Part shown: positions 10,355-19,173 of the stretch, one piece after another
How positions within the stretch are numbered: position 1 is the stretch's first letter
Layout of the letters: the number at the start of each line of letters is the position of its first letter
Source: Eudoraea sp.
GTDB lineage: Bacteria; Bacteroidota; Bacteroidia; Flavobacteriales; Flavobacteriaceae
Direction of reading: 5' to 3'
Length of the DNA stretch: 64,000 nucleotides
NCBI GenBank assembly: GCA_024639765.1
Contig: JAHEHU010000001.1
Location: 2,800-66,799 of the forward strand
Translations under genes and position numbers: made by a program
Notes under the pieces: generated by a model
Seen by the model: only the letters and a program-made list of their open reading frames with translations
What the model was told of the DNA's origin: nothing
Databases searched by the model: none

Positions 10355-10831
10355 ATGAAAAGAAGTCTGCATACAGCTTTCCTGGCTTTAAGCATCCTGT
10401 TGATAGTTTCTTGTAGCAAGGAATCTATAAATAGTGAAACCATTCCTGTGGCGGTAAATGCCGTGGCCGTTGAGCAGGAGCTACTCGGTATTGTAAATTC
10501 CCATAGAAATTCGCTTGGTGCCACACCTTTAGAATTTAGTGCCCTGGCCTACGAGCATGCCAACCTCCATACAGATTATATGATCTCTAAAGGAACCATA
10601 AGCCATGATAATTTTAGTTCCCGTGCTTCCAAAATTGCTGCTGAAACCAATGCCAAACAAATAGCAGAAAATGTGGCCAAGGATTATCCTACGGCTGCTG
10701 CAGCTTTTCAAGGTTGGTTGGAGAGCCCTAATCACAAGAGTACAATGGAAGCCGACTTCACCCACACGGCTATTAGTGTAAAAATTAGCGCAAACGGAGA
10801 TTATTTCTATACTCAGCTGTTCTTTAAATAG
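10355..10831 (+). CDS. CAP/SCP/PR1-like domain lipoprotein
   Basis: 158-aa ORF with lipobox LIVSC and CAP-domain motifs (HRNSLG...HDNF...GWLESPNHKSTM). Confidence 0.8.
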   Translation: MKRSLHTAFLALSILLIVSCSKESINSETIPVAVNAVAVEQELLGIVNSHRNSLGATPLEFSALAYEHANLHTDYMISKGTISHDNFSSRASKIAAETNAKQIAENVAKDYPTAAAAFQGWLESPNHKSTMEADFTHTAISVKISANGDYFYTQLFFK

Positions 10832-10911
10832 AGGGCTACATACCAGTTACTTTTCTTATTTTTGATAGAAGGAGTTCTACTTTTACCTTTTCTGACATTT
10901 AATACTTAAAT

Positions 10912-11454
10912 ATGGCCATACAACCCCCATTTAATCTTACTCAATGGATTGAGGAAAACCGCGATTTGCTAAAACCTCCGGTAGGAAATAAAAATCTATA
11001 TAAAGATGCCGGGGATTATATTGTAATGATCGTAGCAGGCCCAAATGCACGCAAGGACTATCACTACAATGAGACAGAGGAACTTTTCTATCAATTAGAA
11101 GGAAATATTGAAGTGCTGGTGCAAGAAGATGGCGTGAAAAAAAGCATGAAACTGGGGCCCGGTGATATGTATCTGCATCCCGCTAAAATTCCTCATTCCC
11201 CTGTTAGACACAAAGATTCTATAGGCCTCGTGATTGAAAGAAAACGCGCCGACCAACAGGCGAAAGACGGTTTGCTCTGGTTTTGCGATACCTGCAATCA
11301 CAAATTATATGAAGTTTATTTTACCCTCAAAGATATTGAGCAGGACTTTTTAAAGCACTTTGAGCACTTTTATGGCTCCAAGTCTTTGAGAACCTGTAAT
11401 AATTGTGGTACCATCATGAAAACGGACCCAAGGTTCGTAGCAGAAAAAAGTTAA
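10912..11454 (+). CDS. nbaC: 3-hydroxyanthranilate 3,4-dioxygenase
   Basis: 180-aa cupin (YHYNETEELFYQLEG...HPAKIPHSP) with a C-terminal rubredoxin-like CDTC...CNNC site, as in HAAO. Confidence 0.85.
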   Translation: MAIQPPFNLTQWIEENRDLLKPPVGNKNLYKDAGDYIVMIVAGPNARKDYHYNETEELFYQLEGNIEVLVQEDGVKKSMKLGPGDMYLHPAKIPHSPVRHKDSIGLVIERKRADQQAKDGLLWFCDTCNHKLYEVYFTLKDIEQDFLKHFEHFYGSKSLRTCNNCGTIMKTDPRFVAEKS

Positions 11455-11470
11455 TAGACATCCATTCCCT

Positions 11471-11833
11471 ATGGCATTGGCAATAAAGATCCTCATTGGA
11501 CTAACAGCACTTTTACATTTGTATTTCCTTTGGCTCGAAATGTTTGCCTGGACCAGCAGAGCGCCAAAGATTTTTAAAAAGTTCCCAAAAGATCTTTTTG
11601 AACCTACAAGGACCCTTGCTGCCAACCAAGGCTTATACAATGGTTTTCTTGCGGCCGGATTGATCTGGACCTTTTTTATTGAGGATGGACCATGGCGCTT
11701 CTATGTATCCATCTTCTTCCTTAGTTGTGTGATAATCGCTGGGGTGTACGGTGCATTTAGCGTTTCTAAAAAGATCTTTTTTGTCCAGGCGCTACCTGCC
11801 CTTATCGCTCTCATACTACTGCATATCATATAA
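11471..11833 (+). CDS. DUF1304 family membrane protein
   Basis: 120-aa ORF with four TM segments and N-terminal LHLYFLWLEMFAW...ANQGLYNGFLA pattern. Confidence 0.65.
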   Translation: MALAIKILIGLTALLHLYFLWLEMFAWTSRAPKIFKKFPKDLFEPTRTLAANQGLYNGFLAAGLIWTFFIEDGPWRFYVSIFFLSCVIIAGVYGAFSVSKKIFFVQALPALIALILLHII

Positions 11834-11932
11834 GTTTTCTTTAGGACGGATTTGCGGCAATTGCACCCGCAAGATTCGAAATATTCGTAGCTTTGCAATA
11901 CAACGTACTAATCTTTTTAAAAACACACAATA

Positions 11933-13486
11933 ATGGCAACGGCAACAGTTGATTCAGGGATCCAAAAGGCCCTTAAAGCACTAAATATTAAAGACCTTAA
12001 TGAAGGCACTTCCACGGGTTCTCATTTCTTTTCAACAGGTGAGACTTTAGATTCTTTTTCCCCGGTAGATGGAAGTAGAATTGCCGGTGTAAAGACAACT
12101 ACCAAAAAAGACTATGATAAGGTAATGGCAGCCGCAACAGAGGCGTATAAAACATGGCGACTAAAACCGGCTCCACAGCGTGGTGAAATAGTGAGGCAAT
12201 TTGGTCTGCGTTTGCGAGAATTAAAGGAACCCCTAGGGAAACTGGTCTCATACGAAATGGGAAAGTCATATCAGGAAGGCCTGGGAGAAGTTCAGGAAAT
12301 GATCGATATCTGTGATTTTGCAGTAGGACTGTCCAGACAATTACACGGACTTACCATGCACTCTGAGCGACCAGGGCATCGAATGTACGAGCAATACCAT
12401 CCGCTCGGGGTGGTAGGGATCATTTCTGCGTTTAACTTCCCTGTGGCCGTATGGGCATGGAATACTGCACTTGCCTGGGTATGTGGTGATGTATGTATTT
12501 GGAAACCTTCAGAAAAAACGCCTCTATGCGGAATTGCATGTCAGCATATCATTGCCGATGTACTGAAGGAGAATGGCCTTCCTGAAGGAATTTCTTGTCT
12601 CATAAACGGAGATTATAAAGTAGGTGAATATATGACCCATGATCAGCGAATTCCGTTAATCTCTGCTACAGGATCTATCCGCATGGGAAAAATAGTTGCA
12701 CAGGCTGTTGGTAGCCGATTGGGGAAATCACTTTTGGAATTAGGTGGGAACAATGCCATTATCGTAACCCCAAATGCCGATATAAAAATGACTGTCATTG
12801 GTGCTGTATTTGGGGCTGTAGGAACTGCAGGGCAACGTTGTACGTCCACAAGAAGACTGATCATCCATGAATCTATATACGGACAAGTAAAAGAAGCCCT
12901 GGTTGATGCCTATGCTCAATTGCGTATTGGGAATCCGCTAGATGAGACTAATCACGTAGGGCCGCTTATAGATACAGACGCAGTAGCTGCCTACAAAAAT
13001 GCCTTGGAAGAAGTTGTGGCTCAAGGAGGTCAACTTCTGGTAGAAGGTGGTGTTCTTCAAGGAGAAGGATATGAAAGTGGTTGTTATGTAAAGCCGGCGA
13101 TCGCAGAGGCCAAAAACTCGTTTAGTATTGTACAGCACGAAACTTTTGCTCCTATTCTCTATCTGTTGTCCTATTCAGGAGAGGTTGAAAATGCCATTGC
13201 CCTTCAAAATGGTGTGGTACAAGGATTGTCATCGGCTATAATGACCAGCAATTTAAGAGAAGCGGAGCAATTCTTAGCAGCATCAGGCAGCGACTGTGGT
13301 ATTGCCAATGTGAATATTGGAACTTCCGGAGCTGAAATAGGGGGTGCATTTGGTGGCGAAAAAGAAACTGGCGGTGGTCGTGAATCTGGATCTGATGCCT
13401 GGAAGGTTTATATGAGAAGGCAAACCAATACTATTAACTACACTACAGAATTACCACTGGCACAAGGCATAAAATTTGATCTATAA
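11933..13486 (+). CDS. ALDH7-type aldehyde dehydrogenase (piperideine-6-carboxylate / aminoadipate-semialdehyde dehydrogenase-like)
   Basis: 517-aa ORF with catalytic motifs ELGGNNA and GQRCTSTRR. Length and N-terminus resemble antiquitin-type enzymes. Confidence 0.8.
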   Translation: MATATVDSGIQKALKALNIKDLNEGTSTGSHFFSTGETLDSFSPVDGSRIAGVKTTTKKDYDKVMAAATEAYKTWRLKPAPQRGEIVRQFGLRLRELKEPLGKLVSYEMGKSYQEGLGEVQEMIDICDFAVGLSRQLHGLTMHSERPGHRMYEQYHPLGVVGIISAFNFPVAVWAWNTALAWVCGDVCIWKPSEKTPLCGIACQHIIADVLKENGLPEGISCLINGDYKVGEYMTHDQRIPLISATGSIRMGKIVAQAVGSRLGKSLLELGGNNAIIVTPNADIKMTVIGAVFGAVGTAGQRCTSTRRLIIHESIYGQVKEALVDAYAQLRIGNPLDETNHVGPLIDTDAVAAYKNALEEVVAQGGQLLVEGGVLQGEGYESGCYVKPAIAEAKNSFSIVQHETFAPILYLLSYSGEVENAIALQNGVVQGLSSAIMTSNLREAEQFLAASGSDCGIANVNIGTSGAEIGGAFGGEKETGGGRESGSDAWKVYMRRQTNTINYTTELPLAQGIKFDL

Positions 13487-13603
13487 TGTTCTCTTTTGAG
13501 TATATTTATTTGATAGTGGGAATGAAAAACTTCTAAAAAATACCCTATAGCTGTTATCTGAATTTTTAATACCTTGTAAGAAAATACATCTAATAATGAT
13601 TCC

Positions 13604-13699
13604 ATGTCTAAAAAAACAACAAACATCATTGGATTTATAATCACCCTGCTCGCAGGTGTCTATTTTTTTGTTAATTACTGCAGTCAATGTGCTTTATAA
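13604..13699 (+). CDS. possible 31-aa small membrane peptide
   Basis: ATG...TAA ORF encoding MSKKTTNIIGFIITLLAGVYFFVNYCSQCAL, with one TM helix and a C-terminal CxxC. It is below the ORF-track cutoff and has no other support. Confidence 0.2.
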   Translation: MSKKTTNIIGFIITLLAGVYFFVNYCSQCAL

Positions 13700-13790
13700 C
13701 AGATTTCTGGTATATGCAGAAAGAACAAATCTTTTACCTAGTGGCTGTGATCAAACAAACAATACACTAAGAAATTAAAACACATTTCCT

Positions 13791-14315
13791 ATGGATTTAG
13801 AATATATGGATATCTGGTGCTGGCTTATTCCATTGGCCGTTGGATTAATTTGTGGTTTCTTTGGCTATCTTATTGGTCGAGGGTCTAACCCAACTGTTGA
13901 TTATTCTTCAGAAATTAAAGATCTAAAACAGCAATATGAAAAGGCCAAGGCAGATCTGGCTAACTGTGAACAAAAGCTGGCAGCCGGTTCTGCATTGAAT
14001 AATGATGCCTTTCAAGCGTTCGATGCACAGGCTGCTAAAGAGGCTCTTGGCAAAGCAGTAAAATTCAACGATTTATCTTTGATAGAAGGTATTGGGCCTA
14101 AGATCCGAAGCCTTTTCCATAATTTCGAAATTATTTCCTGGCAGACACTGTCTGAGACATCAGTAGCTAAATGTCAGGAGGTTTTGGATTCCGGAGGGGA
14201 TCGGTATAAAGTTCACGACCCTGCCTCATGGCCCATGCAAGCAAAAATGGCTGCCGAGGGGAAATGGAAGGATCTGGCCAAATGGCAGCATGATCATAAA
14301 CATGGCAAATTATAG
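13791..14315 (+). CDS. membrane-anchored hypothetical protein with helix-hairpin-helix-like C-terminal domain
   Basis: 174-aa ORF with an N-terminal TM segment and a coiled-coil stretch. The C-terminus reads LIEGIGPKIRSLF... Confidence 0.6.
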   Translation: MDLEYMDIWCWLIPLAVGLICGFFGYLIGRGSNPTVDYSSEIKDLKQQYEKAKADLANCEQKLAAGSALNNDAFQAFDAQAAKEALGKAVKFNDLSLIEGIGPKIRSLFHNFEIISWQTLSETSVAKCQEVLDSGGDRYKVHDPASWPMQAKMAAEGKWKDLAKWQHDHKHGKL

Positions 14316-14321
14316 AAAATT

Positions 14322-14342
14322 CCCGCTTTAAAAGGCGGGTTT
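14322..14342. terminator. weak bidirectional hairpin between convergent genes
   Basis: CCCGCTT-TAAA-AGGCGGG flanked by short A/T runs. Confidence 0.35.
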
Positions 14343-14343
14343 C

Positions 14344-15342
14344 TTATAGCATTCCATTAGCTTGAACCCAGCTAAACCGGTACTGATCCTCTGGAAATTT
14401 CATGCGTTCCGAGATGCGTATTAATCGCTCCGGAAGTTTCATTAGATAATCTCTGGCCTTTTCTGCTTCTGAACTTAAACTTCTGAGTGACCCAAGATCC
14501 CAATAGGCATTTAATTTTTGCAAGATCTCAATATAATCCTGAGAAGTGTAGACCCCTAGTCGTTGCGCACAATTTGAAAAATTTTCAAAGGCCGTTCCTA
14601 TAGTGCCTCCAGATTCCCTCAGAAAATGGGCAGGCATCACAATTTTATGCTTCATCATATCTGCGAAGGCCAGGACCATTCCGTTGGGATCATGGCCAAG
14701 GATAGTCTTCACAAATTCGCGGTATGCCAGGTGATGACGCATCTCATCTCCTGCAATAATGGAGCACATTTTACCCAAAAGGGTATTCCCTTTTTTCTTT
14801 GCCATCTTCCCTACCCTTTTATGGGAAATATTGGTGGCCAATTCCTGGAAGGTGGTGTAAACAAAATTTTTGTACGGATCCCTGTCTGTTCCAATATCAA
14901 AACCATCGGTGATCAAATGCTGCGTAGAGATCTCTATCTCTTTCATATTCACTCTGCCAGACAGATACAGGTATTTATTTAATACGTCCCCATGTCTGTT
15001 CTCTTCTGCTGTCCATGCCCGCACCCATCTAGACCAGCCATTGTTTTCCTTGGCATGCTGATTGATCCCCTCTACATCCATAAGCCATGACTCATAGGTT
15101 GGTAACGCCTCCTCAGTAATGGTATCGGCTACCAGAGTTACCCAAAAATCATATCCCAATTCCTTGGCCTCTTCTCTAATCTGTTCAACATGATCAAAGA
15201 ATCCGTCCGATTGAGAATCGGGCAAGAAATCCGAAGGTTGCCAAATCTCATCTGCAGGTATAAGGAAATCATCCATAAACCCGGATACTTTTGGCTCAAT
15301 AGCATCCATCACTTCTAGTCGAATATTCTTCATTTGTTCCAT
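14344..15342 (-). CDS. soluble acyl-ACP desaturase (di-iron, plant/mycobacterial type)
   Basis: Two (D/E)ExxH di-iron motifs (TAEENRHGD, AGDEMRHHL). The start is trimmed to ATG 15342 (MEQMKN), which avoids overlap with the upstream gene. Confidence 0.85.
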   Translation of the reverse strand: MEQMKNIRLEVMDAIEPKVSGFMDDFLIPADEIWQPSDFLPDSQSDGFFDHVEQIREEAKELGYDFWVTLVADTITEEALPTYESWLMDVEGINQHAKENNGWSRWVRAWTAEENRHGDVLNKYLYLSGRVNMKEIEISTQHLITDGFDIGTDRDPYKNFVYTTFQELATNISHKRVGKMAKKKGNTLLGKMCSIIAGDEMRHHLAYREFVKTILGHDPNGMVLAFADMMKHKIVMPAHFLRESGGTIGTAFENFSNCAQRLGVYTSQDYIEILQKLNAYWDLGSLRSLSSEAEKARDYLMKLPERLIRISERMKFPEDQYRFSWVQANGML

Positions 15343-15400
15343 GTTACTCCACAAAGTACGATAATTAATAAAGGAAATTCTATTAAAAGAATACCAAAAT

Positions 15401-16126
15401 TTAGTTTCTGCCCTGCTCTTCGGGATAAAATAAGTATACCGGATCGCTTTGCCAAAATTCCTTGGTATCTGCATCTAGGATCGTTAAAGGACCTTTGTAC
15501 GCCGCTGCAGTGTCAATGTTCCAAACATTAGCGGCCCGGTATGGTTCGGTCTTTCCTATTTTGCTTAAAGGAGTATGACCAATATAGATCTCTTTGTAAT
15601 GAGTGAGGCGTTTAGGATAATAAACGCTTTCCCTGGGTATTCCGGGATCTAAAGAAAGTGCCAACTCCCAAAGGGTGCGATCCCAGTAGAATGTCTTGGA
15701 AAAATATTCAAAATCTACTCCCTTAAGATTGGTGAATCCGGCATGTAAATAAAGTCTTTGTTCCTTGTCCAAATAATAATTTCGAAGCCCCTCATAAAAT
15801 AAAAGATGTGCTTTCCTGATTTCATTCCCGGCTCTTTCATAAGAATCAATGGTTGCCTGTCCTCCGTTCATTAACCATAAGGGATTGTCTTCTCCGGTCT
15901 CCAACCAGTGATAACAAAGATCATCGTGATTGCCCCTAAGAAAGATACATGTATGCTTCTGTTGTAATTCCATGAGAAAAGTAACCGTTTCAGCGGCTTC
16001 ACTCCACCCATCCACATAGTCTCCTAAAAAAATCAGCAGATCGCTCTGCTGTATGTTGGCTCTTTTCAATGCCTGCTGCAAGCCTTTTACTCCTGCATGA
16101 ATGTCTCCTATGACCAATGTTCTCAT
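15401..16126 (-). CDS. metallophosphoesterase (Ser/Thr phosphatase / ApaH-like)
   Basis: Motifs GDIHAG, GDYVDGW and RGNHDD. Start trimmed to MRTLVIGDIH. Confidence 0.8.
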   Translation of the reverse strand: MRTLVIGDIHAGVKGLQQALKRANIQQSDLLIFLGDYVDGWSEAAETVTFLMELQQKHTCIFLRGNHDDLCYHWLETGEDNPLWLMNGGQATIDSYERAGNEIRKAHLLFYEGLRNYYLDKEQRLYLHAGFTNLKGVDFEYFSKTFYWDRTLWELALSLDPGIPRESVYYPKRLTHYKEIYIGHTPLSKIGKTEPYRAANVWNIDTAAAYKGPLTILDADTKEFWQSDPVYLFYPEEQGRN

Positions 16127-16279
16127 GCTACAAAAATCGCAAATTATCATAGGAACTCCATGTGGTGGTACTAAAAAACCTGCATTCTCATCCTATTTCT
16201 ATAAATTCTACATGACATGGTTTATATTGCACTGTAATTTTCACGTTTTTTGTAACTCCTAAACCACAGAGGCCATTTT

Positions 16280-17236
16280 ATGCCATCGAAACGAATTTAT
16301 TGTATCGGAGAATTATTAATAGATTTTGTCGCTGAAAAACAGGGGGCCGATCTTTCAAAGGCTTCCCTCTTTACTAAAAAAGCTGGCGGGGCTCCCGCTA
16401 ATGTAGCATGCGCCATATCTAAATTAGGCGGTAAAAGTGCCTTTATAGGATGTGTGGGAATAGATCCCTTTGGAACTTTTTTACTAAATACCTTAGAGGA
16501 ATGCGATGTAGATCTTTCCCTTGTGCAAAGATCACAGATTTTCACAACCCTCGCTTTTGTTTCATTGGCAGAAAACGGGGAACGCGACTTTGTATTTTCT
16601 AGAGGGGCCGATAGGGAATTAACGTATGATTCTTCGGTTAAAGTTGCTTTCAAAGATCAAATGATTCATTTAGGTGCAGCTACCGCGCTCTTGGGAGGGC
16701 CTTTGGAAAAAGCTTACGGACATTACCTGTTCGACGCAATTACCGAGAATGCCTTTATAAGTTTCGATCCCAATTTCCGTGCCGATCTGTGGAAAGATAA
16801 CGAAGCTACTTTTATTAAAAAAAGCATGCCTTATATAGAGAAATCTCATTTGTGTAAATTTAGTCTGGAAGAGGCTCAAATGATATCAAAAAAGAGTTCA
16901 CTTACCGAGGCATGTGCTGAGCTGCATACTATTGGCGCCAAGATCATTGCGGTTACCCTGGGTTCTGAAGGCACCTATGTAAGCACCAAAAACTCTCAGC
17001 AGACCATTCCAAGTATTCCCGTGACTCCTGTAGATACAACCGGAGCTGGGGATGCATTTATTGGATGTCTATTACAGCAGATCAGTACGCTCCCAACCCA
17101 TGATCATATTTTAGAAAATGATACGCTTCTTATGGATATGGTTGTTAATGCCAATAAGGCCGGAGCAATAACAACAACGGGGTATGGGGCTATTGAATCT
17201 CTGCCAGATGAACGTCAATTGTACGCTTCGAAATGA
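16280..17236 (+). CDS. PfkB-family fructokinase
   Basis: 318-aa ORF with PfkB signatures GGAPANVA and DTTGAGDAF. It overlaps the next gene by 4 nt. Confidence 0.8.
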   Translation: MPSKRIYCIGELLIDFVAEKQGADLSKASLFTKKAGGAPANVACAISKLGGKSAFIGCVGIDPFGTFLLNTLEECDVDLSLVQRSQIFTTLAFVSLAENGERDFVFSRGADRELTYDSSVKVAFKDQMIHLGAATALLGGPLEKAYGHYLFDAITENAFISFDPNFRADLWKDNEATFIKKSMPYIEKSHLCKFSLEEAQMISKKSSLTEACAELHTIGAKIIAVTLGSEGTYVSTKNSQQTIPSIPVTPVDTTGAGDAFIGCLLQQISTLPTHDHILENDTLLMDMVVNANKAGAITTTGYGAIESLPDERQLYASK

Positions 17237-19173
17237 ATCAAACAGCACTTCACAGGAAGCTTGCCTCAAAAGACCTGAAGGATCTCCAAAAGGGTAGCCT
17301 TCAAAAACTTTTTGATCTTCGTGTTGCTACAAACCTTCCGCTTATCAGGGAATTGTTTTACAGCCTTTACAGCGATCCCAAACACAACACTTATTTTAAA
17401 GAACTTCAGGAATTACTCCCTGTATTGTTTGAAACCAGATCGGACGAACTAAAAAACAGAGACCTTCAGTTACTTAAGAAGGGAAACTGGTATCAGTCCG
17501 AAAAAATGGTGGGGATGCAATTATATGTAGACCTATTCAATAAGAACTTGAAAGGGATAGAAGAAAAGATCCCCTATTTCAAGGAATTAGGAATAACATT
17601 CCTCCACCTCATGCCGATAACTACCAGACCCAAAGGGGAAAATGATGGCGGATATGCTGTTAATAGTTATACAGCCGTAGACCGTCGGTTTGGTTCTAAG
17701 AAAGATCTGCTTTCTCTCACTTCCAAATTAAGAGAGAATGGTATTTATCTCATGCTCGATTTTGTGGTGAATCATACCTCCGATGAATATCCCTGGGCGA
17801 AAAAAGCTCTGAAGGGAAGTCCTAAATATCAGGGATATTATTATATGTTTCCGGATAGGACCGTTCCAGATGCATTTGAAGCATCCTTGCCAGAGGTATT
17901 CCCGGCTACATCGCCCGGAAACTTTACATACCGGAAAGAAATAGATCGTTGGGTAATGACGGTTTTTAATACCTATCAGTGGGACCTCAACTATTCCAAT
18001 CCAAAAGTGTTCTTAGAGATGTTGTCTAACCTGGTCGCTTTGGTGAACAACGGAGTTGATGTAGTCCGTTTTGATGCCCTTGCGTTTCTGTGGAAAAAAA
18101 TTGGAACAAATTCACAGAACCTGCCAGAGGCCCATTTGCTCATTACCTTGTTCCGAATGTGTTTGCAAACCATTACACCCGGTGTTATATTTCTGGCAGA
18201 AGCTATAGTGGCCCCTAAGGATATTATTAAGTATTTTGGAGAGGGAAACAGGAAAGGGAATGAGTGTGAAGTTGCCTACAACGCCTCTTTAATGGCGTTA
18301 TTGTGGAATTCTATTGCAACTAAAAAAACCTTGCTGCTTACCAAGACCCTTCAGAACAGTCCGGGAAAACCGGAAGAAACAACCTGGATAAATTATGTTC
18401 GATGCCATGATGATATTGGCCTTGGATTAGAAGATCAGTATATCTCGGAAATTGGGTGGGATCCGTGGCTTCACCGTTCGTTTTTACTGGATTACTATTG
18501 TCAGAAATTAGATTGGAGTCCGGCTATTGGATATACTTTTATGTATAATCCGTCTACCGGTGATGGAAGGATAACAGGGAGTTGTGCCTCCTTATTAGGC
18601 CTTGAAAAAGCAATGCGCAACAGCCAGGAGGAAGCTATTGAAATAGCCATAAAAAAGATCCTGATGCTTCACGGTATCATTTTGTCTTTTGGAGGGATTC
18701 CATTGATCTATGCCGGCGATGAACTTGGAACCCTGAATGATTATTCCTATTTGAATAATGATCACAAAAAGGAAGATAGCAGATGGGTGAACAGACCTGC
18801 ACACGATTGGGGAGCAGTCGCTAAATTAAAGGAAGATGACAGGCCAGCCTCCATTATTTTCCAAGGACTTACACATATGATCTCTCTGAGAAAGAAAACA
18901 AAACTGTTTTCAGATACCAATAATGTGGTCTTGCACGATCCCCGTAACCCACATTTGCTGCTCTATGAACGTACGGGGAAAAAGAAAAATGGGGTCTGCA
19001 TCCTTGCCAATTTTGATGAACACCCACAGATAATAGATGCCTCCATACTCGTATCATTGGGATATATAAAAGAAGGAGTACTCCATGATCTTCTTACCAA
19101 TAGAAAAAGGTCCTTACATAGCGGCCTGGTGGAAGTGCAACCCTACGATATCCTTTGGCTTACGAAGCCTTAA
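17233..19173 (+). CDS. amylosucrase-type GH13 sucrose-utilising glucosyltransferase
   Basis: 646-aa ORF. The block FNTYQWDLNYSNPKVF...GVDVVRFDALAFLWKKIGT...FLAEAIV...YVRCHDDIGL closely parallels the Neisseria polysaccharea amylosucrase signature as I recall it. Confidence 0.85.
   Translation: MNQTALHRKLASKDLKDLQKGSLQKLFDLRVATNLPLIRELFYSLYSDPKHNTYFKELQELLPVLFETRSDELKNRDLQLLKKGNWYQSEKMVGMQLYVDLFNKNLKGIEEKIPYFKELGITFLHLMPITTRPKGENDGGYAVNSYTAVDRRFGSKKDLLSLTSKLRENGIYLMLDFVVNHTSDEYPWAKKALKGSPKYQGYYYMFPDRTVPDAFEASLPEVFPATSPGNFTYRKEIDRWVMTVFNTYQWDLNYSNPKVFLEMLSNLVALVNNGVDVVRFDALAFLWKKIGTNSQNLPEAHLLITLFRMCLQTITPGVIFLAEAIVAPKDIIKYFGEGNRKGNECEVAYNASLMALLWNSIATKKTLLLTKTLQNSPGKPEETTWINYVRCHDDIGLGLEDQYISEIGWDPWLHRSFLLDYYCQKLDWSPAIGYTFMYNPSTGDGRITGSCASLLGLEKAMRNSQEEAIEIAIKKILMLHGIILSFGGIPLIYAGDELGTLNDYSYLNNDHKKEDSRWVNRPAHDWGAVAKLKEDDRPASIIFQGLTHMISLRKKTKLFSDTNNVVLHDPRNPHLLLYERTGKKKNGVCILANFDEHPQIIDASILVSLGYIKEGVLHDLLTNRKRSLHSGLVEVQPYDILWLTKP

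Noticed and set aside
14344-15474. Long form of the desaturase ORF (376 aa) overlapping the upstream phosphoesterase gene by 74 nt.
   Set aside because: The N-terminal 44 aa have no desaturase similarity and overlap a real gene. The internal ATG at 15342 gives a normal-length protein.
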